The translations under genes were made by a program, and so were the position numbers. A model generated the notes under the pieces. It was not told the DNA's origin, did no database searches, and worked only from the letters and a program-made list of their open reading frames with translations. Of a stretch of DNA of 30,951 nt, positions 1 through 8,874 are shown one piece after another; position 1 is the stretch's first letter; every line of letters starts with the position of its first letter. Source of the stretch: Thermofilaceae archaeon (GTDB lineage Archaea > Thermoproteota > Thermoprotei > Thermofilales > Thermofilaceae); NCBI GenBank assembly GCA_038727095.1, contig JAVYWK010000022.1, forward strand, positions 1 to 30,951. Direction: 5' to 3'.

Positions 1-219
1 TTGAGGCCCTTCGAGCTCTACGACAAGGAGCTGATGATGGTAGCCTCCTACAGGAGCCCCTACACCTTCCAGCGTGCCGTGAGGATCGCTTCCTCGGGCA
101 GGGTCATGCTGCGCCCCATCATCAGCCACGTACTCCCACTCGAAAGGGGTGTCGAAGCGTTCAGGATGGTTGACGAGAAGAAAGAGGATGTAGTCAAGGT
201 CGTATTGAGGCCCAGCTAG
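1..219 (+). CDS. C-terminal fragment of a zinc-dependent (MDR family) alcohol/polyol dehydrogenase; 5' end lies outside the window
   Basis: The C-terminus 'IISHVLPLERGVEAF...VVKVVLRP' is typical of the end of threonine/sorbitol-dehydrogenase-like MDR enzymes. Confidence 0.8.
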   Translation: MRPFELYDKELMMVASYRSPYTFQRAVRIASSGRVMLRPIISHVLPLERGVEAFRMVDEKKEDVVKVVLRPS

Positions 220-221
220 AC

Positions 222-782
222 CTAGAGGAAGACCTTCATCACGCCGGCCTTCGCGAGCAGAGCCATTATGAGAGCGCTGACCACTAGCTCGACACCAAGG
301 TAGCCGCCGTTGTAGATCAGCGAGTAAAGGGCCGGGTGCTGGCCGGCTGGCGCGTACTCGGCGAAGAAGATGACGCCCGAGAGCCAGTGGCAGAAGAAGC
401 GCCCACCGATCCCGAGCGCAGAGCCCGCAGCGGCTGCTTGAGGGCTTTCCCTCCCCTTGAGGAGGCCGGCAAGGCCTAGAGCCCCGAAGGCCAAGGGGTA
501 GTCCAGGAGCATCTGTACCGGGTGAACGATGTAGAAACCTAAGTACAACCGGATTAAGCCGAAGACGACGCCGGCCGCGATCCCGTACTTCAAGCCCCTT
601 CGCATCGCGAAAAGGATGATTGGGACCATCGAGGCTGGAGTCACTGAGCCTCCCTGCGGCATCCGGAAGATCTTGAAGAAGCTCAGCGCGGTGGCTAGCG
701 CCAGCATGACGGCTGCTTCGGCGAGGATTCTGACTCTTCCGGCCCCCACCCTCTTTTCCCGGGCCACCGTCGAGCTGGCCAC
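222..782 (-). CDS. thiT: ECF-type thiamine transporter S component ThiT
   Basis: Hydrophobic 186-aa protein with ThiT signatures 'MPQGGSVT..SMVPI', 'HPVQ.LLDYPLAF', 'HWLSGVIFFAEYAP' and 'YSLIYNG.Y'. It is divergent from a ThiR-like gene. Confidence 0.9.
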   Translation of the reverse strand: MASSTVAREKRVGAGRVRILAEAAVMLALATALSFFKIFRMPQGGSVTPASMVPIILFAMRRGLKYGIAAGVVFGLIRLYLGFYIVHPVQMLLDYPLAFGALGLAGLLKGRESPQAAAAGSALGIGGRFFCHWLSGVIFFAEYAPAGQHPALYSLIYNGGYLGVELVVSALIMALLAKAGVMKVFL

Positions 783-794
783 GCGCCCCCTATC

Positions 795-809
795 TATAAC
801 CAGGTTTTA
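795..809. promoter_or_regulatory. Putative ThiR operator 1 (TATAACCAGGTTTTA), overlapping the thiT TATA box
   Basis: Near-perfect copy (one arm mismatch) of the palindrome at 860-874. It lies 13-27 nt upstream of the thiT start and overlaps a minus-strand TTTAAAA. Confidence 0.7.
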
Positions 810-840
810 AATATTACCTGAAGTAGACCGCCATTGATAG

Positions 841-854
841 AAAAGCTTTTAAGT
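841..854 (+). promoter_or_regulatory. BRE/TATA promoter of thiR (AAAAGC-TTTTAAGT)
   Basis: Purine-rich BRE followed by a TATA box starting 30 nt before ATG 877, consistent with a leaderless transcript. Confidence 0.65.
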
Positions 855-859
855 AAATT

Positions 860-874
860 TATAACCTGGTTATA
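860..874. promoter_or_regulatory. Putative ThiR operator 2 (perfect palindrome TATAACC-T-GGTTATA)
   Basis: Perfect 7-1-7 inverted repeat between the TATA box and the ATG of thiR, a typical archaeal repressor position. Confidence 0.75.
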
Positions 875-876
875 CC

Positions 877-1794
877 ATGATACCTGCGGACGAGCTCAAG
901 GAGTGCTACCTTTCGCCCCTGCGGGCCATGCTCGCGAAGGAACTGAGAGGGAAGGGGTGGGGGCAGAGGGCGATCTCGAGGGTTCTTGGCGTCAGCCAGG
1001 CAGCTGTCAGTAAGCTGCTGAGCGAGGAGAGAGGTTTGAAGCTCGCTGAGCTGGGAATCGACGAGCTGGAGTCGGAGCTTCTGGTCGGTAGGCTCCTCGA
1101 GCTCCTCGCTTCAGGCAGGGTAGTGGAAGCATCCGCTCTCGCGCACAGGTATTGGCTGCTTGTAGCCGCGTCAGGTGGCGCCTGCCGGCTGCACAAGCGC
1201 GACAACTGGTCCCTCGTGAGCTGCACCGCCTGCACCCTAGCCCTGTACCCGAGGCTGACAGCGCACAGGGGGAGGGCTCTCGCGGACCTCGAAAGGGCAG
1301 TCGTTCTGGCTGAGTCGTCTATGCGCTTGGCATCAGTGGCCCCCGAGGTTATGGTGAACGTAGCCCGAGCGGTACCGGGGGCCGCGGGATTGAGGGATGT
1401 TGCAGCCGTACCGGGGAGGTTGGCTAAGGTGGGTGGGAGGCTGGTTGCGAGACGCAGGCCGGCGTTCGGAGCTTCGAAGCACCTTGCAGAGGTGCTTTTG
1501 GCCTCCGGCTACACCGCTTGCATCGACATTAAGTTTGACGAGCGCGTAGACAGAGCCCTCGTGGAGCTAGGTTTGGAGCGGGCTGAGTTCTCCAGCGAAG
1601 ACTACCACTCCCCAAACCCGGCGGCAGCTGCAGTGCACGAAATGAGGCTAAAGGGGGCACTACCGAGAATTGTCGTCGATACGGGGGGCCGCGGGATTGA
1701 GCCTGTGACCTACATCTTCGGTACGAGCGCGGTTGAGGTGGTGCTCCTCGCGGAAAGAGTCGCTCGATCAGCGGCTACGCTGCCCTCCCCTTGA
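877..1794 (+). CDS. thiR: ThiR transcriptional regulator (N-terminal HTH plus C-terminal ThiN thiamine-phosphate synthase-like domain)
   Basis: HTH 'QRAISRVLGVSQAAVSKLL', a CxxH...CxxC motif, and ThiN motifs 'PEVMVN', 'DVAAVPGRL', 'FGASKHLA' and 'GGRGIEPVTYIFG'. It lies next to thiT. Confidence 0.85.
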   Translation: MIPADELKECYLSPLRAMLAKELRGKGWGQRAISRVLGVSQAAVSKLLSEERGLKLAELGIDELESELLVGRLLELLASGRVVEASALAHRYWLLVAASGGACRLHKRDNWSLVSCTACTLALYPRLTAHRGRALADLERAVVLAESSMRLASVAPEVMVNVARAVPGAAGLRDVAAVPGRLAKVGGRLVARRRPAFGASKHLAEVLLASGYTACIDIKFDERVDRALVELGLERAEFSSEDYHSPNPAAAAVHEMRLKGALPRIVVDTGGRGIEPVTYIFGTSAVEVVLLAERVARSAATLPSP

Positions 1795-1816
1795 GCTTCC
1801 CCGAAGCTCGGTTTTT
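1793..1816 (+). terminator. Possible terminator after thiR (7-bp hairpin followed by T5)
   Basis: GAGCTTC-CCC-GAAGCTC followed by GGTTTTT, starting at the thiR stop codon. Confidence 0.35.
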
Positions 1817-1860
1817 CGCGGGTTGAGCGAGCTTATAAGACACCCTGCAGGCTTAACGAT

Positions 1861-2778
1861 ATGCAACGCGTAAAGATCTGCCTCGCTTGGCTTTACGCGA
1901 TCACGAAGTACGGCTACCCGACCTCTGTCGATGGTATGGTGAAAGCCTTCGAAGACGCAGCACGGCTGGGCTTCAAGTACGTTGAGATCGAAGCAGTCGG
2001 GGAGGCAAACCTGTGGGAGATCGAGGGTAGGCGGAGCGAGCTGCGGAAGACGCTGGACGCGCTGGGTTTGGAGGTTGTCAACTTCGCTGGGATCTTCCGC
2101 GAGCTCGTATCGCCGGTCAAGGCTGAGAGGGCGAAAGCGATTGAACTACTCGCGCGGGCGGCAGACTTGGCCGTCTACTTTGGCGCTGAGCTGATGCAGA
2201 CCGACACCTTCACCCCGCCGCTCGAGTTTGTCGGCTCGCGCCCTTACTCCAGCGCGGTAGTGTTCGGCGAGCGATACAGGGTCAAGGTTGACCCAAGCTT
2301 CTCCTGGCGCCGGTTCTGGTCAATTGTTGTAGATGGTATGAGGAGGGCTGCGAGGGTGGCGGCTGATAGGGGGCTGAAGCTAGCCGTCGAGCCCCGCATC
2401 GGGGAGACCATCAGCAACAGCGACGCGATGCTCCGCCTCATCGACGAGGTTGGCGAAGCCAACTTCGGCGCGGTGCTGGACGTGGGACACCTCCACGCCG
2501 CCAAGGAGCTGATACCCCTATCGGTCGAGAAGCTCGCGGACAGGATCTTCTACGTCCACGCCTCCGACAACGATGGGCGCGACAACTACCACTGGGCTCC
2601 TGGCCGCGGCACGGTGGACTGGGATGGCCTATTCGAGGCGCTGAGAAAGCACCGGTTCAGCGGCCCAATAGCGGTTGACGTGGGAGGCCCGGATCTAAAG
2701 GGGCGGCTGGACGAAGAGGTACTGGAGGCGAAAAGGTTCCTGGAAGCTATGGTTGAAAGGCACTTGTCAAGCGGCTGA
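1861..2778 (+). CDS. Sugar phosphate isomerase/epimerase (xylose isomerase-like/AP endonuclease 2 TIM barrel)
   Basis: Metal-binding motifs 'LAVEP', 'LDVGH', 'YVHASDN' and 'HWAPGRGTVDW'. A TTATAAGA box lies at 1833-1840. Confidence 0.85.
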   Translation: MQRVKICLAWLYAITKYGYPTSVDGMVKAFEDAARLGFKYVEIEAVGEANLWEIEGRRSELRKTLDALGLEVVNFAGIFRELVSPVKAERAKAIELLARAADLAVYFGAELMQTDTFTPPLEFVGSRPYSSAVVFGERYRVKVDPSFSWRRFWSIVVDGMRRAARVAADRGLKLAVEPRIGETISNSDAMLRLIDEVGEANFGAVLDVGHLHAAKELIPLSVEKLADRIFYVHASDNDGRDNYHWAPGRGTVDWDGLFEALRKHRFSGPIAVDVGGPDLKGRLDEEVLEAKRFLEAMVERHLSSG

Positions 2779-3900
2779 CTTGAGGATGTCGAACAGCTGC
2801 TCCTCGCTGAAGCCCATGAGGCCAGCGTGCTTGCGAGCGATCGCCCTGAGGTCGCTCTCCGAGAATCCGTAATCGCTCAACCTCTCTCGGAACCCCACGC
2901 TTTCCTGGAACTCCTTCACAACCCTCATGGCCTTCTCCGCGTCGTCGGGCACGGGCCTTATCGATGGTTCCAGAGCCCTGAGCACAGCAGCAGAGGCCTG
3001 CGGCGCAAGCTTGTGAGTGTAGTAGACCACCCGCGGCCCGAGGAGAGCCAGGCCGCAGCCGTGCGCCAGCCTGGGGTTAGCCCCGCTCAGCTCGTGCTCC
3101 AGCAAGTGGTTGACGTGGGTTCCCGAAATGTCTATCGCCACGCCGGCCAGCATCGAAGCGTAGAGGAGCCAGTACCTCGCCTCAAGATCGTTGAGGTTCT
3201 CAACGGCTCGAGGCAGCCACATGCCGAGCAACCTGACGGCTTCAGCGCTCAGGAGCTCAACGATTGGCGGCGAATCGCGCTGCGTGGCAGACTCGTAGGC
3301 GTGGTAGAACGCGTCGAGTGAGACGTAGATGGTCTGGTCCCTCGGGAGCGTCAGAGTGTAGCGCGGGTCGTCGACAGAGGCTGTCGGGTAGATCGAGACC
3401 ATCCCCCGCTTCTCCCTCGTCTCATCAACCGTCAGGACGCTGTAGCGGTCGACCTCGGTCCCCGTGCCGTGAGTGAGATTGACCGCGTAAACCGGGAGGC
3501 ACCCCCTCGCCCTCCTCCGCCCATAAACGTAGTCGGATGCTCTACCGCCGCTCACCGCGATCATCGCGGCAACCTTCGCCGCGTCAATCACGCTGCCCCC
3601 TCCAATGGCCAGTATAGCTTCAGCACCCATCGACCAGGCGCGCTCTGCCATCCTGTCAGCCTGGCTGGCCCACGGGTTCGGAGTAACGTCGCTGAACACC
3701 TCGTACGCCACACCGTACCTGGAGAGGATCTTTAGCGCGTCATCGAAAGCGCCACTCTCCTTTGCCGATCTTCTTCCTGTAACGATAAGAATCCTCTCGT
3801 GACCCTTTAACCAATCTTCAAGTCCAGCTATAGAACCGGGGCCGAAATAGAGCGCGATACCGGCGTACTTGAACATGAAGCTTCTCAGCTGCTCAGCCAT
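2767..3900 (-). CDS. Iron-containing (group III) alcohol dehydrogenase
   Basis: 'AIGGGSVIDAAK', 'NLTHGTGTE', and metal ligands in 'DAFYH', 'HLLEH' and 'HG.GL'. Confidence 0.92.
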   Translation of the reverse strand: MAEQLRSFMFKYAGIALYFGPGSIAGLEDWLKGHERILIVTGRRSAKESGAFDDALKILSRYGVAYEVFSDVTPNPWASQADRMAERAWSMGAEAILAIGGGSVIDAAKVAAMIAVSGGRASDYVYGRRRARGCLPVYAVNLTHGTGTEVDRYSVLTVDETREKRGMVSIYPTASVDDPRYTLTLPRDQTIYVSLDAFYHAYESATQRDSPPIVELLSAEAVRLLGMWLPRAVENLNDLEARYWLLYASMLAGVAIDISGTHVNHLLEHELSGANPRLAHGCGLALLGPRVVYYTHKLAPQASAAVLRALEPSIRPVPDDAEKAMRVVKEFQESVGFRERLSDYGFSESDLRAIARKHAGLMGFSEEQLFDILKSAA

Positions 3901-3997
3901 GAAGCACCTCTACACTACACTTATGAAAAGGTTACGCCGCGACTCTACGCGAAAGCGATTAGACTTAATAAGTGCTATAAGAAGGTTATCCATCCCG

Positions 3998-5365
3998 ATG
4001 GAATCCGACATAAAGGTGGAGGAGATCACGATCAGCTACCGTTCGTACAGGTTTAGAACTCCCTTAAAGTTCGGCGCCGTTGTTGTGACGGAATCTCTCT
4101 CACTGATCGCACAGGCTCTAGTCAAGAGGAAGGGAGGGGGTGAGGCTCTGGGTTTCGGTACAATGCCACTCATGTGTGAGTGGGCTTTCCCCGACCCTCG
4201 GGTCGAGCATGATGAAAAGCTTGAGGCAATGAAGCTCGTAGCCGAAGAGTACGCCCGCCACATCGAAGAAGAGGCTTCGAAAGGCGTGTACTTACATCCG
4301 ATGGATTGGTTCGTCAGATTTGAGAACGATCTCTATGGGATATCTGATGCTGTATCGAGGCAGCTCGAGCTGAAAGCTCCACTACCCTCTCTTGCGTCAC
4401 TCGTCGCAGTGTCTTCGATAGACGCTGCGATTCACGATGGCTACGGTAAAGCCAATGGCATCTGCAGCTACGAAGGTTACGGCCCTAAGTACATGGAGAG
4501 GGACTTAAGCTTCTACATAGGTCCTAAGTTTAAGGGCAAGTACATTTCAGACTACTTAAAGCCGATGTACGAGTCGATGCTGCCGGTCTTCCATCTAGTT
4601 GGTGCACTGGATAAGCTAACTCGGGATGAAGTGACGCCTGAAGACCCTAAGGATGGGCTACCTGTGAGCTTAGAGGAGTGGATCGAGAGAGACGGTATTT
4701 TCTGCTTCAAGGTTAAGCTTACTGGAGTCAACATGGATTGGGACGTAAGACGGACGGTAGCTGTCGCTAACGTCGCTAGGGAGGTTCTAGGGGAGAAATT
4801 CGGCAGAACGGAATACTACCTAACGGTCGACTTTAATGAGATGCACACTTCGCCGGCAGAAACGTTAGAGTACTTGGGGCGAGTTAAGCGTGAAGCTCCT
4901 GAAGTGTTTGAGAGGATCCTCTACGTGGAGCAACCCATTAGCAGAGAGCTCAATAAGTACATGTTCGATATCAGGGCTGCTGCAGCCCTCAAGCCGGTAC
5001 TGGCAGACGAGGCAATCACTGACTTGGGGAGCTTCGATGCAGCTCTTAGCCTGGGTTGGTCTGGCGCAGCGCTGAAGGTTTGCAAGACGCATAGCCTTTC
5101 CCTTCTGCTGGCCGCGAAATGTGAAGAGCTGAGAGTACCCTACAGCGTTCAGGACCTAACGTGCCCCGGTCTAGCTCTCGTACACTCCGCGGGATTCGCT
5201 GCTCGAACAAAGCCGATTAAAGGCTTCGAATACAACGCCAGACAGTACCTCCCTCATGCATTCCCGGAGATTCAACGAAAGTACGATGAAATCTTCTTAG
5301 TGAAAAATGGTTATGTGAGACCAGGAGTGCTGAACGGAACCCTAGGCTTGGGTTTATCGATGTGA
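3998..5365 (+). CDS. Enolase superfamily (mandelate racemase/muconate lactonizing enzyme-like) protein; start moved to ATG 3998
   Basis: KxK motif 'FKVKL', metal ligands 'DFNE', 'EQP' and 'DEA', and capping-domain 'IDAAIHD.YGK'. The ORF-track start at 3869 overlaps the divergent ADH gene. Confidence 0.8.
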   Translation: MESDIKVEEITISYRSYRFRTPLKFGAVVVTESLSLIAQALVKRKGGGEALGFGTMPLMCEWAFPDPRVEHDEKLEAMKLVAEEYARHIEEEASKGVYLHPMDWFVRFENDLYGISDAVSRQLELKAPLPSLASLVAVSSIDAAIHDGYGKANGICSYEGYGPKYMERDLSFYIGPKFKGKYISDYLKPMYESMLPVFHLVGALDKLTRDEVTPEDPKDGLPVSLEEWIERDGIFCFKVKLTGVNMDWDVRRTVAVANVAREVLGEKFGRTEYYLTVDFNEMHTSPAETLEYLGRVKREAPEVFERILYVEQPISRELNKYMFDIRAAAALKPVLADEAITDLGSFDAALSLGWSGAALKVCKTHSLSLLLAAKCEELRVPYSVQDLTCPGLALVHSAGFAARTKPIKGFEYNARQYLPHAFPEIQRKYDEIFLVKNGYVRPGVLNGTLGLGLSM

Positions 5366-5969
5366 AAGACTGTTGAAGCGACCGACAAAAACGGGGGAGA
5401 TGATAAGAGCCAGATTTTCAGCTGTCAGCATTTACTATCCTTTGTCAGCTGGTTCCACGATTAGACACCATTTACGTTATCGCAACTTACAATGTCAGTA
5501 TTCAAACGCTTGCAAACTGAAAATATAGTAGGCTATGCTTCATGCTCCTATGCGAACCACTCCATTAGCTTCCCCGTTCTCGTGTTTTGGGAACGACTGT
5601 AACAGCCGTTTGTGTGCAAATTACTCATCCATCGGAAAGGTTAGCTTCTTTGAAATATATCGTAGGGGCGTACATTTTAGTAGACTTGCTGTTGGAGCCT
5701 TGGAAATGCAGATGGCGTACGTCTTTAGAGAGAGTTAAAGCGTAGTGTAAAGCAAGGATGCGGTCATGGGAGTCTGTTGAAGGGTTCGAGGATTTTCACA
5801 TGACTTCAACTATCTCCACCATGGGAACAAGTATTTCATCGTACCCCCGTTCGTATTTAACGGAGTAAGGACCCTGCTTTAAGGGTGCAATCAAAACGAT
5901 GCAAAAGGTGGAAAAGTTGATGAATCGCTATTTTATTAACACGCCCCTACCTCTGAGGGACGTGATTGT

Positions 5970-6779
5970 ATGAAACTGGTTCTGTTCTCCAAGATGTTCC
6001 AGGAGATGCCTATGGAGAAACTAGCTGATTTTATAGCAAGCCTGAAGTTGGACGGAGTGGATCTGACGGTCAGGCCAGGGGGTTACATCGAACCGAAGGA
6101 TGTGAAACGGAAGCTCCCTGATGCTGTAGAAATATTCGCCAGCAGGGGGTTACAGGTAGCGATGGTAACTACGTCAATAGTTTCGGCAGACGAACCTTAC
6201 GCTGAAGAAACATTCTCCGCAGCCGCAGACCTGGGGGTAAAGTACGTGAAGCTTGGCTACTGGCATTACAGAGGTTTTGGCCACTTGTGGAAGCAGATCG
6301 AAGAAGCGCGGGAGAATCTAAAGGGTATTGAAAGGCTCTGCAAAGAGTACAATTTGACAGCTGGTGTTCACACACATTCAGGGATGTTCTTAACAGCTGA
6401 AGCAGCGGTTGTACGGCTGCTTCTTGAAGGTTTTGATCCTGAGTATGTAGGAGCGTACATTGATCCGGGACACATGGTAGTTGAAGGCGGACTCGCTGGC
6501 TGGTTGATGGGAATGGACCTCCTCAGCGATAGGATAACTATTGTGGCTGTGAAAGACTTTGGCTGGTTCAAGACTGAGAAGGGCTGGGTAGCGCGGGTTA
6601 TCCCCCTTGGAGAGGGACTTGTCCCGTGGGAGGAAGTTTTCAAGATTTTAAAGAGCTTAGGTTTCGAGGGACCTGTCTCACTTCACAGCGAGTACGAAGA
6701 AGTAGGGCTCAGCGAAATCGCGGAGCTCACTAGAAGGGATGCAGCATACGTAAAAGAGATCCTGCGAAGGATTAAGTGA
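5970..6779 (+). CDS. Sugar phosphate isomerase/epimerase family TIM barrel protein
   Basis: 'DGVDLTVRPGG', 'HTHSG', 'DPGH', 'AVKDF', 'PLGEGLVPW' and 'SLHSEY'. Confidence 0.85.
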   Translation: MKLVLFSKMFQEMPMEKLADFIASLKLDGVDLTVRPGGYIEPKDVKRKLPDAVEIFASRGLQVAMVTTSIVSADEPYAEETFSAAADLGVKYVKLGYWHYRGFGHLWKQIEEARENLKGIERLCKEYNLTAGVHTHSGMFLTAEAAVVRLLLEGFDPEYVGAYIDPGHMVVEGGLAGWLMGMDLLSDRITIVAVKDFGWFKTEKGWVARVIPLGEGLVPWEEVFKILKSLGFEGPVSLHSEYEEVGLSEIAELTRRDAAYVKEILRRIK

Positions 6780-6788
6780 GGTGCTAGT

Positions 6789-7805
6789 ATGCCAAAAGAG
6801 AAAGTTAGGGTTCTAGTAACGATACCGCTGGGTTTGTATAGGCGAGTATCCAGAGTTGAAGATGAGGAGAAGCTACGCAGCTTCGCTGAAGTGGTCTTCA
6901 ATTATTACGATAGAAACCTGACCGAAGATGAGCTTGCCGAGCTAGTGAGAGGAGTTGATGGTTGCATAACCAGCTGGGGATCACCCTGCTTTACGAGGAA
7001 GGTTTTGGAAAACGCTGACAGGCTTAAGATCATTGGGCATGCTGCTGGTAGCGTGAAGCCCTACGTTACGGACGAAGTGTTCAAGCGGGGCATTGTCGTA
7101 GTAAACGCCGCTTCAGTAATAGCCGTCGCGGTTGCTGAGTTCACACTAGCCATGATCCTCAATTGCCTTCGAGGTATCCCGCAGCACATCGAAGCTTTAA
7201 AGAGGAAAAATTGGGGTTTCCGAGAGACGAAGCCTTTCAAAACGTACGATCTGAGGGGTAAGACTATCGGGTTGGTGGGCTTTGGGCTTGTAGCTAGGGA
7301 GCTTGTAAAACTGCTTAAGCCCTTCAATGTTAGGCTGCTGGTCTACGACCCTCACTTCCCGAGTGAAATGCTGAAGGAGTACGGTGTTGAAGGAGTGAGT
7401 CTCGAAGAGCTGCTATCGAACTCTGATATCGTTAGCCTCCACGCTGCTCTAACTCCAGAGACCTACCACATGATAGGTGAAAGGGAATTAAAGATGATGA
7501 AGCCTACAGCATACCTCGTTAATACATCACGTGGAGCTGTTGTAGACGAGCAAGCGCTCATTAAAGCCTTGAAGGAGAGGTGGATAGCTGGAGCAGCACT
7601 TGACGTTTTCGAGGAGGAGCCACTACCACCTCACAGTCCGTTTTACGAGCTTGATAATGTACTACTGACACCCCATATAGCCGGCCCCTCCGATGAAAGG
7701 TTGAGCATGCTATTCGGCGTTGTTGTCGAAGATTTCATGAGGTTTTTCTCCGGCGAACCTCCGCTCAACGTCGTTAGATACGAAGAACTCAGTTACAGGG
7801 CTTAA
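6789..7805 (+). CDS. D-isomer-specific 2-hydroxyacid dehydrogenase
   Basis: Rossmann 'GLVGFGLVA', 'NTSRGAVVDE', 'ALDVFEEEPL' and 'TPHIAG'. A GAGGTG SD lies upstream. Confidence 0.92.
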   Translation: MPKEKVRVLVTIPLGLYRRVSRVEDEEKLRSFAEVVFNYYDRNLTEDELAELVRGVDGCITSWGSPCFTRKVLENADRLKIIGHAAGSVKPYVTDEVFKRGIVVVNAASVIAVAVAEFTLAMILNCLRGIPQHIEALKRKNWGFRETKPFKTYDLRGKTIGLVGFGLVARELVKLLKPFNVRLLVYDPHFPSEMLKEYGVEGVSLEELLSNSDIVSLHAALTPETYHMIGERELKMMKPTAYLVNTSRGAVVDEQALIKALKERWIAGAALDVFEEEPLPPHSPFYELDNVLLTPHIAGPSDERLSMLFGVVVEDFMRFFSGEPPLNVVRYEELSYRA

Positions 7806-7852
7806 CGGGTAAGCCTTAATTACAGGAAGGCGAGCCGAGTTTTTCGGCGATT

Positions 7853-8833
7853 ATGGGTAAGGCGCGCGTAGTTACCACCTGCTTCTCCGGTCGGCATTTC
7901 GACACAGTGGAAGAGAATCGCAGGTACGCGTTAAAGCTCGTCGAGGAAGCTTTAAGGCTGAATCCCGACATAATCTGCCTACCCGAAGCGTTCACATCGG
8001 TTGGTGTCAGTTACACTCGTGCAGAGGATGTAGCAGAGGAGCTCGATGGGCCAACGGTGAGGGAATTTTCACGGAAGGCAATTGAGGGTAATTGTTACAT
8101 TATCTGTCCAATATTAACCAAGCGTGAAGGGAATGTGATGAACTCAGCGATCGTTTTGGACAGGGATGGGGATATCGTTGGGATCTACGATAAGGTGCAC
8201 CCAGTGACGAGCTCTCCCGATTATACTGTTTTTGAGGGAGGAGTTACGCCTGGGAAGGACTTCCCCGTGTTCGACCTCGACTTCGGTCGGATTGGCATCC
8301 AGATATGCTTTGACATTTGCTTTCCTGAAGGTTGGTTTCAACTGAAGCTTAAAGGAGCTAAGATTGTGTTCTGGGTCTCAGCATACAACGGGGGCTTCCC
8401 CTTACGAGCATACGCGTGCATTAACAACTACTATGTCGTCACTTCGGTTCGAACCGAGAAAGCAATGATCATAGACCCTTGTGGACGTGTTGTGGCCCAA
8501 ACAGATCATTGGGTCAACATGATCCTTTACGACTTAAACACGGATTTCATCGTTTGCCACTACGACTTCAACTACAGTATTCCGGACCTCATTGTGAGCA
8601 AGTACAGAGATGAAGTGCGAATTCGATCTTATGGGGACGATTCCCTTTTCGTCGTTGAACCCCTCGACGATAGTATAAAGACAAAGGAGCTGCAGGTGGA
8701 ATTCGGCTTTGAAAGTCTTCAGCAGTACGTCGAGAGGCATCAAGTGGCGCACGAGTACATACGCAGAGGTGAGCCGCCGCAGCCCCAAAAAGCGCTTCAC
8801 GGTACGAGGCCGCAGTACCGAAAGTGGATCTAA
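7853..8833 (+). CDS. Carbon-nitrogen hydrolase (nitrilase/amidase superfamily)
   Basis: Catalytic triad Glu ('LPEA'), Lys ('YDKVH') and Cys ('ICFD'). Confidence 0.9.
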   Translation: MGKARVVTTCFSGRHFDTVEENRRYALKLVEEALRLNPDIICLPEAFTSVGVSYTRAEDVAEELDGPTVREFSRKAIEGNCYIICPILTKREGNVMNSAIVLDRDGDIVGIYDKVHPVTSSPDYTVFEGGVTPGKDFPVFDLDFGRIGIQICFDICFPEGWFQLKLKGAKIVFWVSAYNGGFPLRAYACINNYYVVTSVRTEKAMIIDPCGRVVAQTDHWVNMILYDLNTDFIVCHYDFNYSIPDLIVSKYRDEVRIRSYGDDSLFVVEPLDDSIKTKELQVEFGFESLQQYVERHQVAHEYIRRGEPPQPQKALHGTRPQYRKWI

Positions 8834-8874
8834 AGCGGCGCAACTGATTTTAGAGCTGCCGCACTAGTGAGACT

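Noticed and set aside
3869-3997. N-terminal extensions in the ORF track (also 11117-11218, 20987-21085, 27339-27410 and 30380-30442)
   Set aside because: They overlap neighbouring genes or promoter regions and lie upstream of where family similarity begins.
5917-5956. Box C/D sRNA (TGATGA...CTGA)
   Set aside because: It spans only ~40 nt, has no internal D'/C' boxes, and coincides with the AT-rich promoter of the 5970 gene.
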